Source: an uncultured Gammaproteobacteria bacterium
GTDB taxonomy: Bacteria > Patescibacteriota > Microgenomatia > UBA12405
DNA length: 64,000 nucleotides
Reading direction: 5' to 3'
Assembly (NCBI GenBank): GCA_964503465.1
Contig: CAZCYZ010000001.1
Coordinates: 129,702 to 193,701 of the forward strand
How positions within the stretch are numbered: the stretch's first letter is position 1; each line of letters opens with the position of its first letter. The notes under the pieces were generated by a model. The model worked only from the letters and a program-made list of their open reading frames with translations. It was not told the DNA's origin and did no database searches. Both the position numbers and the translations under genes were made by a program. This document shows positions 28,711-38,862 of this stretch, piece after piece.

Positions 28711-29448
28711 ATGCCAGATCTAACTCAACGACAAATCAAAATTCTCAAGTGTATTGCCGAGGAATTTATCAATTCCGCTGAACCAGTTGGTTCAGAAACA
28801 CTGGAAAGAAAATACAACCTAGGAATTTCCTCTGCTACCATCCGAAATGAAATGTCAGCCTTAACTCAGTTAGGGTTTCTTAAAAAAGGCCATCTTTCTG
28901 CCGGCCGTAGTCCTACCTCGATGGGCCTTAAATATTATGTTAGAAATCTTTTGGTCCCAAAAAACTTAACCGTTACCGAAGAAGTTGGTGTCAAAGAAAA
29001 AGTTTGGGACTATAGAAATGAGTTTGAAAAACTTATTAAGGAATCAACTCGAGAACTAGCTAATCGTTGTCGTGGTATGGCTATTGCCACCACTGATCAA
29101 GGCTCCCTCTTTTGCTATGGTGCTAGCAATTTACTGGAGGAGCCAGAATTTTACAATATTGATGTTACCAAGACTGTTCTTTCTCTGATTGATAACGTCA
29201 ACTATTGGTTTGAAATGGTCAACAAATCTGGTCCACATGACCCTAATTCTGCCGAAATAGTTCACCTTCTTATTGGTGAAGACCTGGGAATGGAACATCT
29301 CGAACCATGCGGTTTTATTTATCAACATTACCAATCTGGTCCTCATCATGGCATTATGGGGGTTGTTGGCCCAGCCAGACTTCACTACCAAACAGTTATT
29401 CCCTTGGTTGACTACTTTGCTCAATTGCTTTCCACTATTAGCCGTTAA
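28711..29448 (+). CDS. hrcA: Heat-inducible transcription repressor HrcA (short form).
   Basis: MPDLTQRQIKILKCIAEEF...PVGSETL...ATIRNEM winged-helix N-terminus. Upstream of grpE. Confidence 0.85.
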   Translation: MPDLTQRQIKILKCIAEEFINSAEPVGSETLERKYNLGISSATIRNEMSALTQLGFLKKGHLSAGRSPTSMGLKYYVRNLLVPKNLTVTEEVGVKEKVWDYRNEFEKLIKESTRELANRCRGMAIATTDQGSLFCYGASNLLEEPEFYNIDVTKTVLSLIDNVNYWFEMVNKSGPHDPNSAEIVHLLIGEDLGMEHLEPCGFIYQHYQSGPHHGIMGVVGPARLHYQTVIPLVDYFAQLLSTISR

Positions 29449-29454
29449 TTGTCT

Positions 29455-29922
29455 ATGACCACCAAGAAAAAATCCACTACCAACAATCAACATCTTGAGC
29501 TTCAAACACAAATTAATAGTCTTCGTGACCAGTTGGCACGATCTTTAGCTGATTATTCCAACCTCGAAAAACGAGTCGATAGTCAGCGACAATTAATTGC
29601 TACTCTCGCCTCGGCTACCATTGTTACCAAGATGGTCGAAGTCCTCGATGATCTTTATCTTGCTCAAGACCATCTCCGCAACCCAGGTCTCCAAATTGCC
29701 GTCGACAAATTATTAAACATCCTTAAGTCCGAAGGACTGGTCGAAATCAACGCTATCAATCAGCCTTTTGATCCAGAAACCATGGACTGTGTCGAAGTAT
29801 CTATTGGACCACAAGACCAAGTAACTGAGGTCAAAAAGAAAGGTTATCTTCTCAATAACCATTGTCTTCGTCCTGCCAAGGTCGTGGTTGGCAAAGAAGA
29901 TGCTCCAAACAAAAAATTATAA
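29455..29922 (+). CDS. grpE: Nucleotide exchange factor GrpE.
   Basis: Coiled-coil N-terminus and C-terminal beta domain. Operon position. The track ORF starts at TTG 29449; ATG 29455 is preferred. Confidence 0.85.
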   Translation: MTTKKKSTTNNQHLELQTQINSLRDQLARSLADYSNLEKRVDSQRQLIATLASATIVTKMVEVLDDLYLAQDHLRNPGLQIAVDKLLNILKSEGLVEINAINQPFDPETMDCVEVSIGPQDQVTEVKKKGYLLNNHCLRPAKVVVGKEDAPNKKL

Positions 29923-29939
29923 GTTTTAAATTAAATAAT

Positions 29940-31847
29940 ATGTCAACTAACAAAATCATTGGTATCGATTTAGGTACCACCAACTCTTGTGTCGCTGTTA
30001 TGGAAGGTGGTACTCCAAAAGTAATTCTTACTTCGGAGGGCCGCAATATCATTCCTTCGGTGGTTGAACCAATCAAAAAATTAGTTGGTGATCTGGCCAA
30101 AAGGCAAATGGTCCTTAATCCCGAAAATACCATCTATAGTATCAAACGTCTTATGGGTCGACGTATTGATGACGAACAGGTCAAGAAAACCCAAAAGATT
30201 GCCCCCTACAAAATTGTTGCCGGTAAGGACAACATGGCTGCTGTTGATATCAACGGTAAAATTTATACACCTCAAGAAATTTCAGCCATGATTCTTCAAA
30301 AAGCCAAAACTGATGCTGAAAAATACCTTGGTGACAAAGTTACCGATGCCGTCATTACTGTTCCAGCCTATTTTGATGATTCTCAACGCCAGGCTACTAA
30401 ACAAGCCGGCGAAATCGCTGGGCTTAAAGTTCAAAGAATTGTCAATGAACCTACTGCTTCCGCTCTAGCCTATGGTCTTGACAAGAAGAAAAAAGGTATT
30501 GTTGCTGTTTATGATCTTGGTGGTGGAACTTTTGATATTTCCATTCTTGAAATCGGCGACGGTGTTTTTGAAGTTAAAGCTACCAATGGTGACACCTTTC
30601 TTGGCGGTGATGATTTTGATCAGAAAATTATTAATTGGCTTTTGGATAGTTTTCAAAAAGACCATGGAGTTGATCTAACCAAAGATCCTCAGGCCCTTCA
30701 ACGTATTCGTGAGGCTGCTGAGAAGGCCAAAATTGAGTTAAGTAGTACCGTTGAGACCGAAATTAACCTTCCTTTTATTACCCAAAAAGATGGTCAACCG
30801 CTTCATTTAACCGTCAAACTGACCCGAGCTGAGTTGGAGAAAATGGTTGATGATTTAATTCAAAAAACCATCAAACCAGTTGAATTGTGCCTCAAAGATG
30901 CGGGTATCTCCAAAGGTGAGGTCACCGACGTTATTATGGTTGGTGGTATGACCCGAATGCCCAAAGTTCTTGAGGTTGTCAAAGACTTTTTTGGTAAAGA
31001 TCCCAATACTAGTGTTAATCCTGATGAGGTCGTCGCTGTTGGTGCCGCCGTTCAGGGAGCTGTTCTTTCCGGCGACGTCAAAGATATTGTTCTTCTTGAC
31101 GTCACTCCTCTTACCTTGGGTATCGAAACTGCTGGTGGAGTCCGTACTCCTCTAATTGATCGCAACACTACTGTCCCGACCAAAAAATCTCAAGTATTTA
31201 CCACCTATTCTGACAACCAGCCTCAAGTTGAGGTTAACGTTCTTCAGGGTGAACGTCCCATGGCTGTCGACAACAAATCACTTGGCCGGTTCATTCTTGA
31301 TGGTATTGCTCCAGCTCCGCGTGGCATGCCCCAAATTGAAGTCACTTTTGACATCGACAGTAACGGTATTCTTTCGGTGTCAGCCAAAGATAAAGGCACC
31401 GGCAAAGAGCAAAAGATTACCATTCAAAATGCCACCAACCTCTCCGAGGAAGAAGTCGAAAAAATGCGCAAAGACGCCGAATCCCATGCCAATGATGACG
31501 AGGTCAAGCGCCTTTTGGCTGAAAGTCGGAACCGTCTTGATGCCACCATCTTCAGTGCCGAAAAAACCCTCAAAGACTTTGCTGATAAAGTTAAGCCAGA
31601 AGATAAGTCAAAAATTGAGGACAAGGTTAAAGAAGCCAAGGAACTTCTTGTCAAAACTGACGCCAGCAAAGAGGATTTTAACAAAACTAGTGATGAATTG
31701 TCTCAAATCCTCCAGGTTGTCGGTCAGGCGGTTTATCAACAGCAAACTCCTCCGCCAACTGGTGAGCAACAATCCACGTCGGAAGAACCAAAAACCGATA
31801 CTAAAACCGACACCAAAACCGCCGAAGAAGGGGAAATTGTTAAATAA
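29940..31847 (+). CDS. dnaK: Chaperone DnaK (Hsp70).
   Basis: [23 protein letters not shown] and VGGMTRMP signatures. Start at ATG 29940 inside the longer track ORF. Confidence 0.95.
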   Translation: MSTNKIIGIDLGTTNSCVAVMEGGTPKVILTSEGRNIIPSVVEPIKKLVGDLAKRQMVLNPENTIYSIKRLMGRRIDDEQVKKTQKIAPYKIVAGKDNMAAVDINGKIYTPQEISAMILQKAKTDAEKYLGDKVTDAVITVPAYFDDSQRQATKQAGEIAGLKVQRIVNEPTASALAYGLDKKKKGIVAVYDLGGGTFDISILEIGDGVFEVKATNGDTFLGGDDFDQKIINWLLDSFQKDHGVDLTKDPQALQRIREAAEKAKIELSSTVETEINLPFITQKDGQPLHLTVKLTRAELEKMVDDLIQKTIKPVELCLKDAGISKGEVTDVIMVGGMTRMPKVLEVVKDFFGKDPNTSVNPDEVVAVGAAVQGAVLSGDVKDIVLLDVTPLTLGIETAGGVRTPLIDRNTTVPTKKSQVFTTYSDNQPQVEVNVLQGERPMAVDNKSLGRFILDGIAPAPRGMPQIEVTFDIDSNGILSVSAKDKGTGKEQKITIQNATNLSEEEVEKMRKDAESHANDDEVKRLLAESRNRLDATIFSAEKTLKDFADKVKPEDKSKIEDKVKEAKELLVKTDASKEDFNKTSDELSQILQVVGQAVYQQQTPPPTGEQQSTSEEPKTDTKTDTKTAEEGEIVK

Positions 31848-31867
31848 AATTAATTTTTATATTGGTA

Positions 31868-31888
31868 GGGCGGACCTCGTGTCCGCCC
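31868..31888 (+). promoter_or_regulatory. GC-rich hairpin between dnaK and dnaJ.
   Basis: GGGCGGAC-ctcgt-GTCCGCCC, an 8-bp stem with no trailing U-tract, 14 nt upstream of the dnaJ ATG. Confidence 0.3.
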
Positions 31889-31901
31889 GTTATGATATCA
31901 G

Positions 31902-32768
31902 ATGAAACGCGATTATTACGAAGTTTTGGGGGTCAACAAATCTGCCTCAACGGCAGACATCAAATCGGCCTATCGCAAAAAAGCCATGGAATGGCATCCT
32001 GATCGCAACAAGTCCACCGATGCTGAAGAAAAATTCAAGGAAATCAACGAAGCTTATGAAATTTTAAGTAATAGTCAAAAGAAGCAGGCCTACGACCAAT
32101 TCGGTCATGCTGCTTTTGACCCATCTTCTGGAGCCTCTGGTGGTCACACCTATACCGACCGCAGTGGCCCTTTCACCTACACCTGGAGTAGTGGTGGTCA
32201 AAACCCATTCGGCGGTAATGCTGACTTTGATTTTGGAGGTTTTAGCAATCCTTTTGATATTTTCGAACAATTCTTTGGTACTGGCGGCTTCCAATATGGT
32301 GGCCGTCAACAAAAACGTCTTGCTACCTACAAAATTCAACTTACTTTTCTTGAAGCTGCCAAGGGTTGCGACAAAGAAGTCGAGATCGACGGTAAACGCA
32401 AAACTATCAAAATACCTGCCGGAGTTGATGATGGCCAACGAATTAAATTTACTGACTTTATCCTTTATGTTGACGTCATTCCTGACAATATTTTCAAACG
32501 TGACGGCAACGATGTTTACATCAACCAAATTATTAGTTTTTCTACTGCAGTCCTTGGGGCCGATATCGAAGTTCCTACCCTCAATGGTTCTCTCAAAGTT
32601 CGAGTCAAACCAGGCACTCAACCCAACACTCTGATTCGCCTTCAGTCAAAAGGTATTCGTGACGTCAATGGTTATGGATACGGTGATTTCTATATCAGAT
32701 TGATCGTTGAAGTCCCCACCCGTCTCTCTTCTCGTCAGAAAGAATTGCTAAAAGAGCTCGAGTTGTAA
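31902..32768 (+). CDS. dnaJ: J-domain co-chaperone (DnaJ/CbpA-like, lacking the Cys-rich zinc-finger domain).
   Basis: DYYEVLGV...HPDRN J domain and a G/F-rich region. No CxxCxGxG repeats. C-terminal DnaJ-C fold. 288 aa. Confidence 0.85.
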   Translation: MKRDYYEVLGVNKSASTADIKSAYRKKAMEWHPDRNKSTDAEEKFKEINEAYEILSNSQKKQAYDQFGHAAFDPSSGASGGHTYTDRSGPFTYTWSSGGQNPFGGNADFDFGGFSNPFDIFEQFFGTGGFQYGGRQQKRLATYKIQLTFLEAAKGCDKEVEIDGKRKTIKIPAGVDDGQRIKFTDFILYVDVIPDNIFKRDGNDVYINQIISFSTAVLGADIEVPTLNGSLKVRVKPGTQPNTLIRLQSKGIRDVNGYGYGDFYIRLIVEVPTRLSSRQKELLKELEL

Positions 32769-32802
32769 TATAATACCCTAGCACTATTAATTGGTATCAC
32801 TC

Positions 32803-32833
32803 AAAGGGGCTGTGGACGGCCCCTTTTTTAATA
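32803..32833 (+). terminator. Rho-independent terminator after dnaJ.
   Basis: AAAGGGGC-tgtggacg-GCCCCTTTTTTAA: a GC stem followed by a T-run. Confidence 0.6.
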
Positions 32834-32836
32834 AAA

Positions 32837-33835
32837 ATGGATCTTAGAAAGTTACCAAAAACCGAGTTTGCCGCCGCCGTCGCTCAAATTGCCGGCGAAC
32901 GCAACATTGATGTTCAGTCTATCCTTGATTCTATTGAGTTAGGTTTAATTTCTGCCTATAAACGTGACCAGAAAGAACACGGGATTATTATCCCCGATGA
33001 AGATCAGTTTGAGGCTGAATTAAGCCCTGAAACTGGTTCATTTAAAGTTTTTAAAATTGAAGCCAAAAAACGTATTGATGTTACTCCTCCTGGTTTTGGT
33101 CGTATTGCTGCTCAAACAGCCAAACAAGTTATTGACCAAAAAATTCATGAAGCCGAAAAGGCGGTCATCATTACCGAATACCAAAAGAAAATCGGCACCC
33201 TTCTACCTGGTTCCGTTCTCAAGGCTGACCCACACAAATTAACCGTCGGTATTGGTAAAACTGAAGGAGTTTGTCCTCGGGACGAGCAGATAAAAGGGGA
33301 GATTCTTCCCATTGGCGCTCGTAAGCTTTTTTTGCTTCGAGCCATCGTTGTTGATCCTGAAACCGGTAGAAGCGATATCGTCCTTTCACGTCGCGATCCC
33401 GAGTTTATTAAGGAACTATTTGCCCGAGAAGTTCCCGAAGTTGGTAATCGCGGAGTCATTGTTGAGGCTATCGCTCGTGAAGCAGGAGAACGAACAAAGA
33501 TTGCCGTTTCATCTTCCCAGCCGGGTATTGATCCAGTTGGTTCCTGTATCGGTCAAAAAGGCTCACGAATTCAAGCGGTTCTAAATGAACTGCCCCAGTC
33601 GGAGAAAGTTGACGTTGTTCTTTATTCTAAAAATTCAAATCAATTTATCATCAACGCTCTATCTCCCGCCCAAAACGCCAAAGTAGTTTCGGTCACCAAT
33701 GGTGTTGCTGTTGTTGTCGTCCCCGAAGACCAACTAGCTCTAGCTATTGGGGCCGGTGGTGAGAATGTCCGTTTGGCTGGTATCTTGACCAATACCGACA
33801 TCAAAGTTCGATCGGAAAACGAAACTGTCAAATAA
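32837..33835 (+). CDS. nusA: Transcription termination/antitermination factor NusA.
   Basis: NusA N-terminal domain, S1 and KH regions (...GSCIGQKGSRIQAV...). Upstream of infB. Confidence 0.85.
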   Translation: MDLRKLPKTEFAAAVAQIAGERNIDVQSILDSIELGLISAYKRDQKEHGIIIPDEDQFEAELSPETGSFKVFKIEAKKRIDVTPPGFGRIAAQTAKQVIDQKIHEAEKAVIITEYQKKIGTLLPGSVLKADPHKLTVGIGKTEGVCPRDEQIKGEILPIGARKLFLLRAIVVDPETGRSDIVLSRRDPEFIKELFAREVPEVGNRGVIVEAIAREAGERTKIAVSSSQPGIDPVGSCIGQKGSRIQAVLNELPQSEKVDVVLYSKNSNQFIINALSPAQNAKVVSVTNGVAVVVVPEDQLALAIGAGGENVRLAGILTNTDIKVRSENETVK

Positions 33836-33853
33836 CATTCCGGTTTTAAAAAT

Positions 33854-35311
33854 ATGTCCCAAGATTTACCTACCACCAAATTCCGCCCACCTATTGTAGC
33901 CGTCATGGGCCATATTGATCACGGCAAAACTAGCCTACTGGACCGCATTCGTTGCGCCAACGTTGCTGCTCGTGAGGCTGGTGGCATTACCCAACATATA
34001 TCTGCCTATCAAGTCGTAATTAAAACCAAAAAAAATAAAACCGGTATCATCACTTTCATCGATACTCCAGGTCACGCCGCTTTTTGCCAGATGCGTTCTC
34101 GCGGAGCCCTAACCACCGATTTGGTTGTTCTGGTAATCTCGGCCATCGATGGTGTCATGGCTCAAACCAGGGAGTGCATTGACCAAATAAAAAAAGCCAA
34201 TCTTCCAGTAATCGTTGTTGCCAACAAAGTTGATCTCTCTGGTATTCAGATGGAAAAAGTTAAGGGTCAATTAGTTGAGCTCGGATTAACTCCCGAAGAG
34301 TATGGTGGTCAAGTGCCCTTAATTTCTACTTCAGCCAAAACCGGTGAAGGTGTTGACGATCTGCTTGAATCCATTCTACTTCATGCCGAGGTTATGGAAC
34401 TAAAAAATGAACCACAATCACCACTCGAAGCGGTGGTTATCGAATCAAAACTTGATAAAAACCGGGGTCCAGTTGCCTTGGTCATTATCAAAAAAGGCAC
34501 TCTGTCAATCGGTGACCAGGTTTATTCCGACCAAATTGCTGGTAAAGTTAAAGCACTCTTCTCCCCCGACGGCAAGGCCATCAGTCAGGCCACACCCAGT
34601 TGTCCAGTTGAAATTTTAGGTTTTGAATCAGTGCCAGCTGTTGGTAGTCTTATCACCGATCATTTAACGTCTCTCACCTCGACTCCTCCAACTTCCCCAA
34701 AAACCACTTCCACAGCCGACAGTACCGCTTCTACTTTAAAACTTCCAATTGTTCTCAAGGCTGATGTTCAGGGTACTCTCGAGGCAATTCTTAATAGTTT
34801 TTCCGACGATGTTAAGGTTATCCATGCTGGTGTCGGCCCGGTCTCCGATAATGACATATTTTTAGCCAAACCCGCCAATGCTCAGATTTTTGCTTTCAAT
34901 GTAGCCGTGCCTCGGTTTATCCAGAATTTAGCCGACAACGAAAAAGTTAAGATTTTCCCCACTAAAATCATTTATGAAATTATCGAGACAGTTCAGAATC
35001 AAGTTCTTAAAATGCTTGAACCCACTATCGACGAAACCATACTTGGTCAGGCAACCGTCATCGCTGAATTTAATATCAATAAGGTTAGGATTGCCGGTAT
35101 CAAATGCACCAAAGGCGAGCTTAAGCCCGGTGACTCTGTCCACCTCAAGCGGGACGACAAAATCATCAAGGATACCAAGATAGAAGGCATCCGCCTTCAC
35201 AAAGACAGCGTCGACAAAGCTAAGGCTGGCCTCGAGTATGGAATCACCTTTAGACCTTATGTTGACTTTAAGTTAAACGATGTTATAATAGCCTATAAGG
35301 TTGAGAAATGA
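33854..35311 (+). CDS. infB: Translation initiation factor IF-2 (short form, G domain at the N-terminus).
   Basis: GHIDHGKTSLLD, DTPGH and NKVD GTPase motifs, plus C-terminal beta-barrel domains. Confidence 0.9.
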   Translation: MSQDLPTTKFRPPIVAVMGHIDHGKTSLLDRIRCANVAAREAGGITQHISAYQVVIKTKKNKTGIITFIDTPGHAAFCQMRSRGALTTDLVVLVISAIDGVMAQTRECIDQIKKANLPVIVVANKVDLSGIQMEKVKGQLVELGLTPEEYGGQVPLISTSAKTGEGVDDLLESILLHAEVMELKNEPQSPLEAVVIESKLDKNRGPVALVIIKKGTLSIGDQVYSDQIAGKVKALFSPDGKAISQATPSCPVEILGFESVPAVGSLITDHLTSLTSTPPTSPKTTSTADSTASTLKLPIVLKADVQGTLEAILNSFSDDVKVIHAGVGPVSDNDIFLAKPANAQIFAFNVAVPRFIQNLADNEKVKIFPTKIIYEIIETVQNQVLKMLEPTIDETILGQATVIAEFNINKVRIAGIKCTKGELKPGDSVHLKRDDKIIKDTKIEGIRLHKDSVDKAKAGLEYGITFRPYVDFKLNDVIIAYKVEK

Positions 35312-36177
35312 GCAGGTTAGCTAGTACCTTGTTTAACTCAACCCCACCGATCAATAATCAATTCGAAAGCAGGTCGAATATGAAAAACTACAATGTCAGT
35401 CAAATTAAACCCCTTCTTGCTCAGGCTAAATCTGCCCTGGTCGTTGTTCCTCAACTAAGTGTCGATAGTGTCGGCGCCGCTCTGGCCCTTGCCTTAGGTC
35501 TAAAGAAAAATAATCTCGAAGTTAAAGTTTATTGTCCACAAAAAACTGACAATAACTATTCCAAACTCAGTGGTCTTGACCTTTTGACCGACAGTATCAG
35601 CCTCAACGACTTGGTAGTTTCTCTAGATTATCCGGTTGATCAAATCGAGCAGGTCTCCTATAACGATGACGGTGGTCATCTTAACCTGGTGGTCAAAACC
35701 AAATCAGGTGCCCCAAAAGTTGAAAATAATCAGATTCTTATTAACAATCAATCCTCTTCTGCCGACCTTTGTTTTATTCTGGGCGATGAAACTGGCTTGG
35801 GGGTCAATTCCTCTATGATCAACAAAGGTAATTGGATTCTTATTTCCCCAATCGAAGTGACCAAAGCCTGGGCCAAAGCTTCCTTGATCGACCCAGATGC
35901 TCCTTATTCCGAAATCTTTACCTTTCTTTTGCCCATGCTCGGTTTGGAACTGGACATGGACACTGGCAAGAATCTGTTGATAGGGCTTCGGGTTGCCACC
36001 CAATCTTTTTCAGTCAATGTTTCTCCAGAAACATTTGAAGCTGGAGCTATCTGTCTTCGGGCAACTCAGCCAGAAGATAATCTAGCTTCACCCGAAACAA
36101 CTCCGATTCAAAATGTTGAAAAAACCGGTGGTATTGTCCCCGGTACCAACAAACCCAACCCCACTCCAACGATTTGA
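35308..36177 (+). CDS. Hypothetical protein with a degenerate DHH/NrnA-like pattern (probably catalytically inactive).
   Basis: Pattern ...LVVVPQLSVDSVGAALALALGL... and ...LVVSLDYPV... parallel NrnA DHH-domain strands, but the DHH motif itself is absent. Pro-rich C-terminus. Confidence 0.35.
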   Translation: MSRLASTLFNSTPPINNQFESRSNMKNYNVSQIKPLLAQAKSALVVVPQLSVDSVGAALALALGLKKNNLEVKVYCPQKTDNNYSKLSGLDLLTDSISLNDLVVSLDYPVDQIEQVSYNDDGGHLNLVVKTKSGAPKVENNQILINNQSSSADLCFILGDETGLGVNSSMINKGNWILISPIEVTKAWAKASLIDPDAPYSEIFTFLLPMLGLELDMDTGKNLLIGLRVATQSFSVNVSPETFEAGAICLRATQPEDNLASPETTPIQNVEKTGGIVPGTNKPNPTPTI

Positions 36178-36261
36178 TGTAAAGTGCTAAAATAATCATG
36201 TGGTCAAGGTTAAACATCCGTTAGCCCGACTGGTAATTGCTTTTGATTTATTTCTTTTGGC

Positions 36262-36302
36262 TTTGTTCTTCTTTGTGAAAGTGGCCGGATTAATGCTATA
36301 AT
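36262..36302 (+). promoter_or_regulatory. Sigma70-like promoter for rpsO-pnp.
   Basis: TTGTGA, 18-nt spacer, TGcTATAAT (extended -10) at about 36293-36302. Confidence 0.4.
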
Positions 36303-36319
36303 CCTCTCTGTTCACCTCA

Positions 36320-36365
36320 ATCGGTATTTTGGTTGCCATTCCAAAATTAATTATTGCACCGATTA
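36320..36365 (+). promoter_or_regulatory. Structured rpsO leader (nested stem-loops closing next to the SD). Possible S15 autoregulatory element.
   Basis: Outer stem AATCGGT/ACCGATT encloses hairpin ATTTTGG-ttgccatt-CCAAAAT. The AAGG SD follows at 36366. Confidence 0.3.
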
Positions 36366-36379
36366 AGGCGATATAAACC

Positions 36380-36649
36380 ATGGCTCTATCCAAACAGGAC
36401 AAGCAGGACATTATTACCAAATTTTCTCAAGCTAAGGGTGATACCGGTTCTCCCGAAATTCAAGTCGCTATTCTTAGCCTTGAAATCACCAGGCTCCAGG
36501 AACATTTAGCCGCCAACAAACACGACTCACCGGCCAAACGTGGTCTATTAAGTAAAATTGCCAAACGTCGCCGATTATTACGTTATCTTTCTGCTCACAA
36601 TCCAGAACGTTACACCAAACTCACCAAAGACCTTGGTCTCAAGAAATAA
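36380..36649 (+). CDS. rpsO: 30S ribosomal protein S15.
   Basis: 89 aa. ...ITRLQEHL...HDSPAKRGLLSKIAKRRRLLRYL. Confidence 0.9.
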   Translation: MALSKQDKQDIITKFSQAKGDTGSPEIQVAILSLEITRLQEHLAANKHDSPAKRGLLSKIAKRRRLLRYLSAHNPERYTKLTKDLGLKK

Positions 36650-36675
36650 CAGCCTGGTATCTATATAATCAATCT

Positions 36676-38841
36676 ATGAACAAACAAACATTTGATATTT
36701 CTATTGGCAGTCAGGTTATCACTTTAACCACTGGCTACCTTGCTCCTCAAGCCACCGCTGGAGTGTTGGCCAAATCCGGCAACACTGTCGTTTTGGCCAC
36801 TGTGGTTATGGGTAAGGTCGATGAAACCAAAGATTATTTTCCCCTTTCAGTTGAATTTGCCGACAAGCTTTATGCTGGTGGTGTGATTAAAGGTGGCAAA
36901 TGGGTCAAACGCGAACTCAATCCATCAGACAATTCAATCCTCTTTGGTCGAATCATTGATCGTTCGGTTCGCCCTTTGTTCCCAGCTGATTTCCATCACG
37001 AGGTTCAAATCATTGTTACTGTTTTAAGTAATGACAAGGAAAATGACGTTATTGTCCCGGCTTTCTTGGCCGCTTCTACCGCTTTAAGTATCTCCAAGAT
37101 TCCTTTTAATGGTCCTGTATCCGCTATCCGTGTAGCCCAGGTTGATGGCAAACCAATCGTCGGTCCGACCTCGTCCACCCTCCAGTCATCAAAATTTGAT
37201 CTGCTCGTTTGTACTGGGGTTGCTGGCGTCAACATGATCGAGGCCAGTGCCGATATTGTTGACAACCAAACCATGTTAGATGCCATTACCCTAGCTAAGG
37301 AAACAGCTGATCAGGTTAACCAGCAAATTCAGGGGATTGTTGCCAAAATTGGTCAGGAAAAAGTTAAATACGAATCATATGCCCCATCAGACAAGTTATT
37401 GTCGGAAATTGAGAAATTTGTTAGCCAAGATCTAGTCGAGTTTTTCAAGAATGGTATGGATGGCAATCATCAAACTGCCGAGGAACTAATTATTGATAAA
37501 GTTCTAGAAAAATATCAAGCCCAAATAAAATCAGAAGAAATTACCAAAACCCAACTAATTTCTGCTGTTGATATCTTGGTCGGCCGATACTTTCGACAGC
37601 AAACTCTTGCTGGTCAGCGCTATGACAAGCGTCAATTTGACGAAATCAGACCACTTCACCTTGAAGTTGGAGTTCTTCCCTGTACTCACGGTAGTGCCCT
37701 CTTTCAACGCGGCCTGACTCAAGCCTTAACTACCACCACTCTTGGGCCTCTAGCCGACAAACAATATCTCGAAGACTCGATGGGTGAAACCACCAAGCGT
37801 TACCTTCACTATTATTCCGCTGCTCCTTTTTCTACAGGTCAAACCGGTCGCTTTGGCCGTCCTGGTCGACGGGAAATTGGCCATGGTGCCCTAGCCGAAA
37901 AAGCTCTTATACCAGTCATCCCTTCGGAAGATGACTTTCCTTACACTATCGTCTTGACGTCCGAAGTAATGTCTCAAAATGGCTCATCCTCTATGGCCTC
38001 TACTTGCGGCTCGACCCTTAGTCTTCTTGATGCTGGTGTTCCCATCAAGGACAAAGTTGCTGGCATCTCCGTTGGTATGATTTCCGACAATAGCGGTAAA
38101 TATATTCTGCTAACCGATATTGCCGGGATCGAAGATCATCATGGTGACATGGATTTCAAAATTACTGGTACCAAGAATGGCATTACTGCCATTCAGCTTG
38201 ACATCAAACGTCCCGGTTTGACTCTACCAATGATTGCCGACACTTTTGTTGCTAGCACCAAAGCCAGACTTCAAATCCTCGAAACGATTGAAAAAACCAT
38301 GCCTACCCCTCGTCCACAACTGTCTCCATTTGCTCCAAAAATTAAATTGGTCAAAATCCCAGAAGACAAAATTGGTGAGGTCATTGGATCAGGGGGCAAA
38401 ACTATCAAAGCTCTGATGGTCAAGTATGCAGTTCAAATCGATATTGACGATGATGGTCGGGCTTCAATCTCATCTCTTGACGAAACCAGTATTGCCAACG
38501 CTGCTTTTGAGATCGAATCCATGGTTAGAGATATTAATGTTGGTGAGGAGTTCGATGGTATTGTTACTCGCGTCGAAAACTTTGGTGCTTTCATTGAATT
38601 TTTGCCAGGCCGTGAGGCTCTACTGCATGTCTCTGAAATGAGTGGTGGATTTCTATCTGACCCATCGACCATCATCAAGGTTGGGGATCCAATCCATGTC
38701 AAAGTTTCTGGTTTTAACGACAACCACCAAATCAAATTATCTGCCCCAGCTTTTAAAGCCGCCCACCCTGGTCAACCCAGAAGCAATAATCCCAGTCGGG
38801 TCCAATTTTCCAAATTCTCTTCTCCTCGTCCCCATCGCTAA
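36676..38841 (+). CDS. pnp: Polynucleotide phosphorylase.
   Basis: Two RNase PH domains, KH and a C-terminal S1 (GEEFDGIVTRVENFGAFIEF). 721 aa. Downstream of rpsO. Confidence 0.95.
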   Translation: MNKQTFDISIGSQVITLTTGYLAPQATAGVLAKSGNTVVLATVVMGKVDETKDYFPLSVEFADKLYAGGVIKGGKWVKRELNPSDNSILFGRIIDRSVRPLFPADFHHEVQIIVTVLSNDKENDVIVPAFLAASTALSISKIPFNGPVSAIRVAQVDGKPIVGPTSSTLQSSKFDLLVCTGVAGVNMIEASADIVDNQTMLDAITLAKETADQVNQQIQGIVAKIGQEKVKYESYAPSDKLLSEIEKFVSQDLVEFFKNGMDGNHQTAEELIIDKVLEKYQAQIKSEEITKTQLISAVDILVGRYFRQQTLAGQRYDKRQFDEIRPLHLEVGVLPCTHGSALFQRGLTQALTTTTLGPLADKQYLEDSMGETTKRYLHYYSAAPFSTGQTGRFGRPGRREIGHGALAEKALIPVIPSEDDFPYTIVLTSEVMSQNGSSSMASTCGSTLSLLDAGVPIKDKVAGISVGMISDNSGKYILLTDIAGIEDHHGDMDFKITGTKNGITAIQLDIKRPGLTLPMIADTFVASTKARLQILETIEKTMPTPRPQLSPFAPKIKLVKIPEDKIGEVIGSGGKTIKALMVKYAVQIDIDDDGRASISSLDETSIANAAFEIESMVRDINVGEEFDGIVTRVENFGAFIEFLPGREALLHVSEMSGGFLSDPSTIIKVGDPIHVKVSGFNDNHQIKLSAPAFKAAHPGQPRSNNPSRVQFSKFSSPRPHR

Positions 38842-38862
38842 AATTTTTGTATACTCTATCTA

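Noticed and set aside
31156-31905. 249-aa Lys/Pro/Arg-rich ORF on the + strand.
   Set aside because: Lies entirely inside dnaK in another frame. Its composition is a frame artefact of the dnaK sequence.
36196-36420. 74-aa minus-strand ORF across the rpsO promoter and leader.
   Set aside because: Overlaps the predicted promoter, the structured leader and the rpsO start on the opposite strand. No support.
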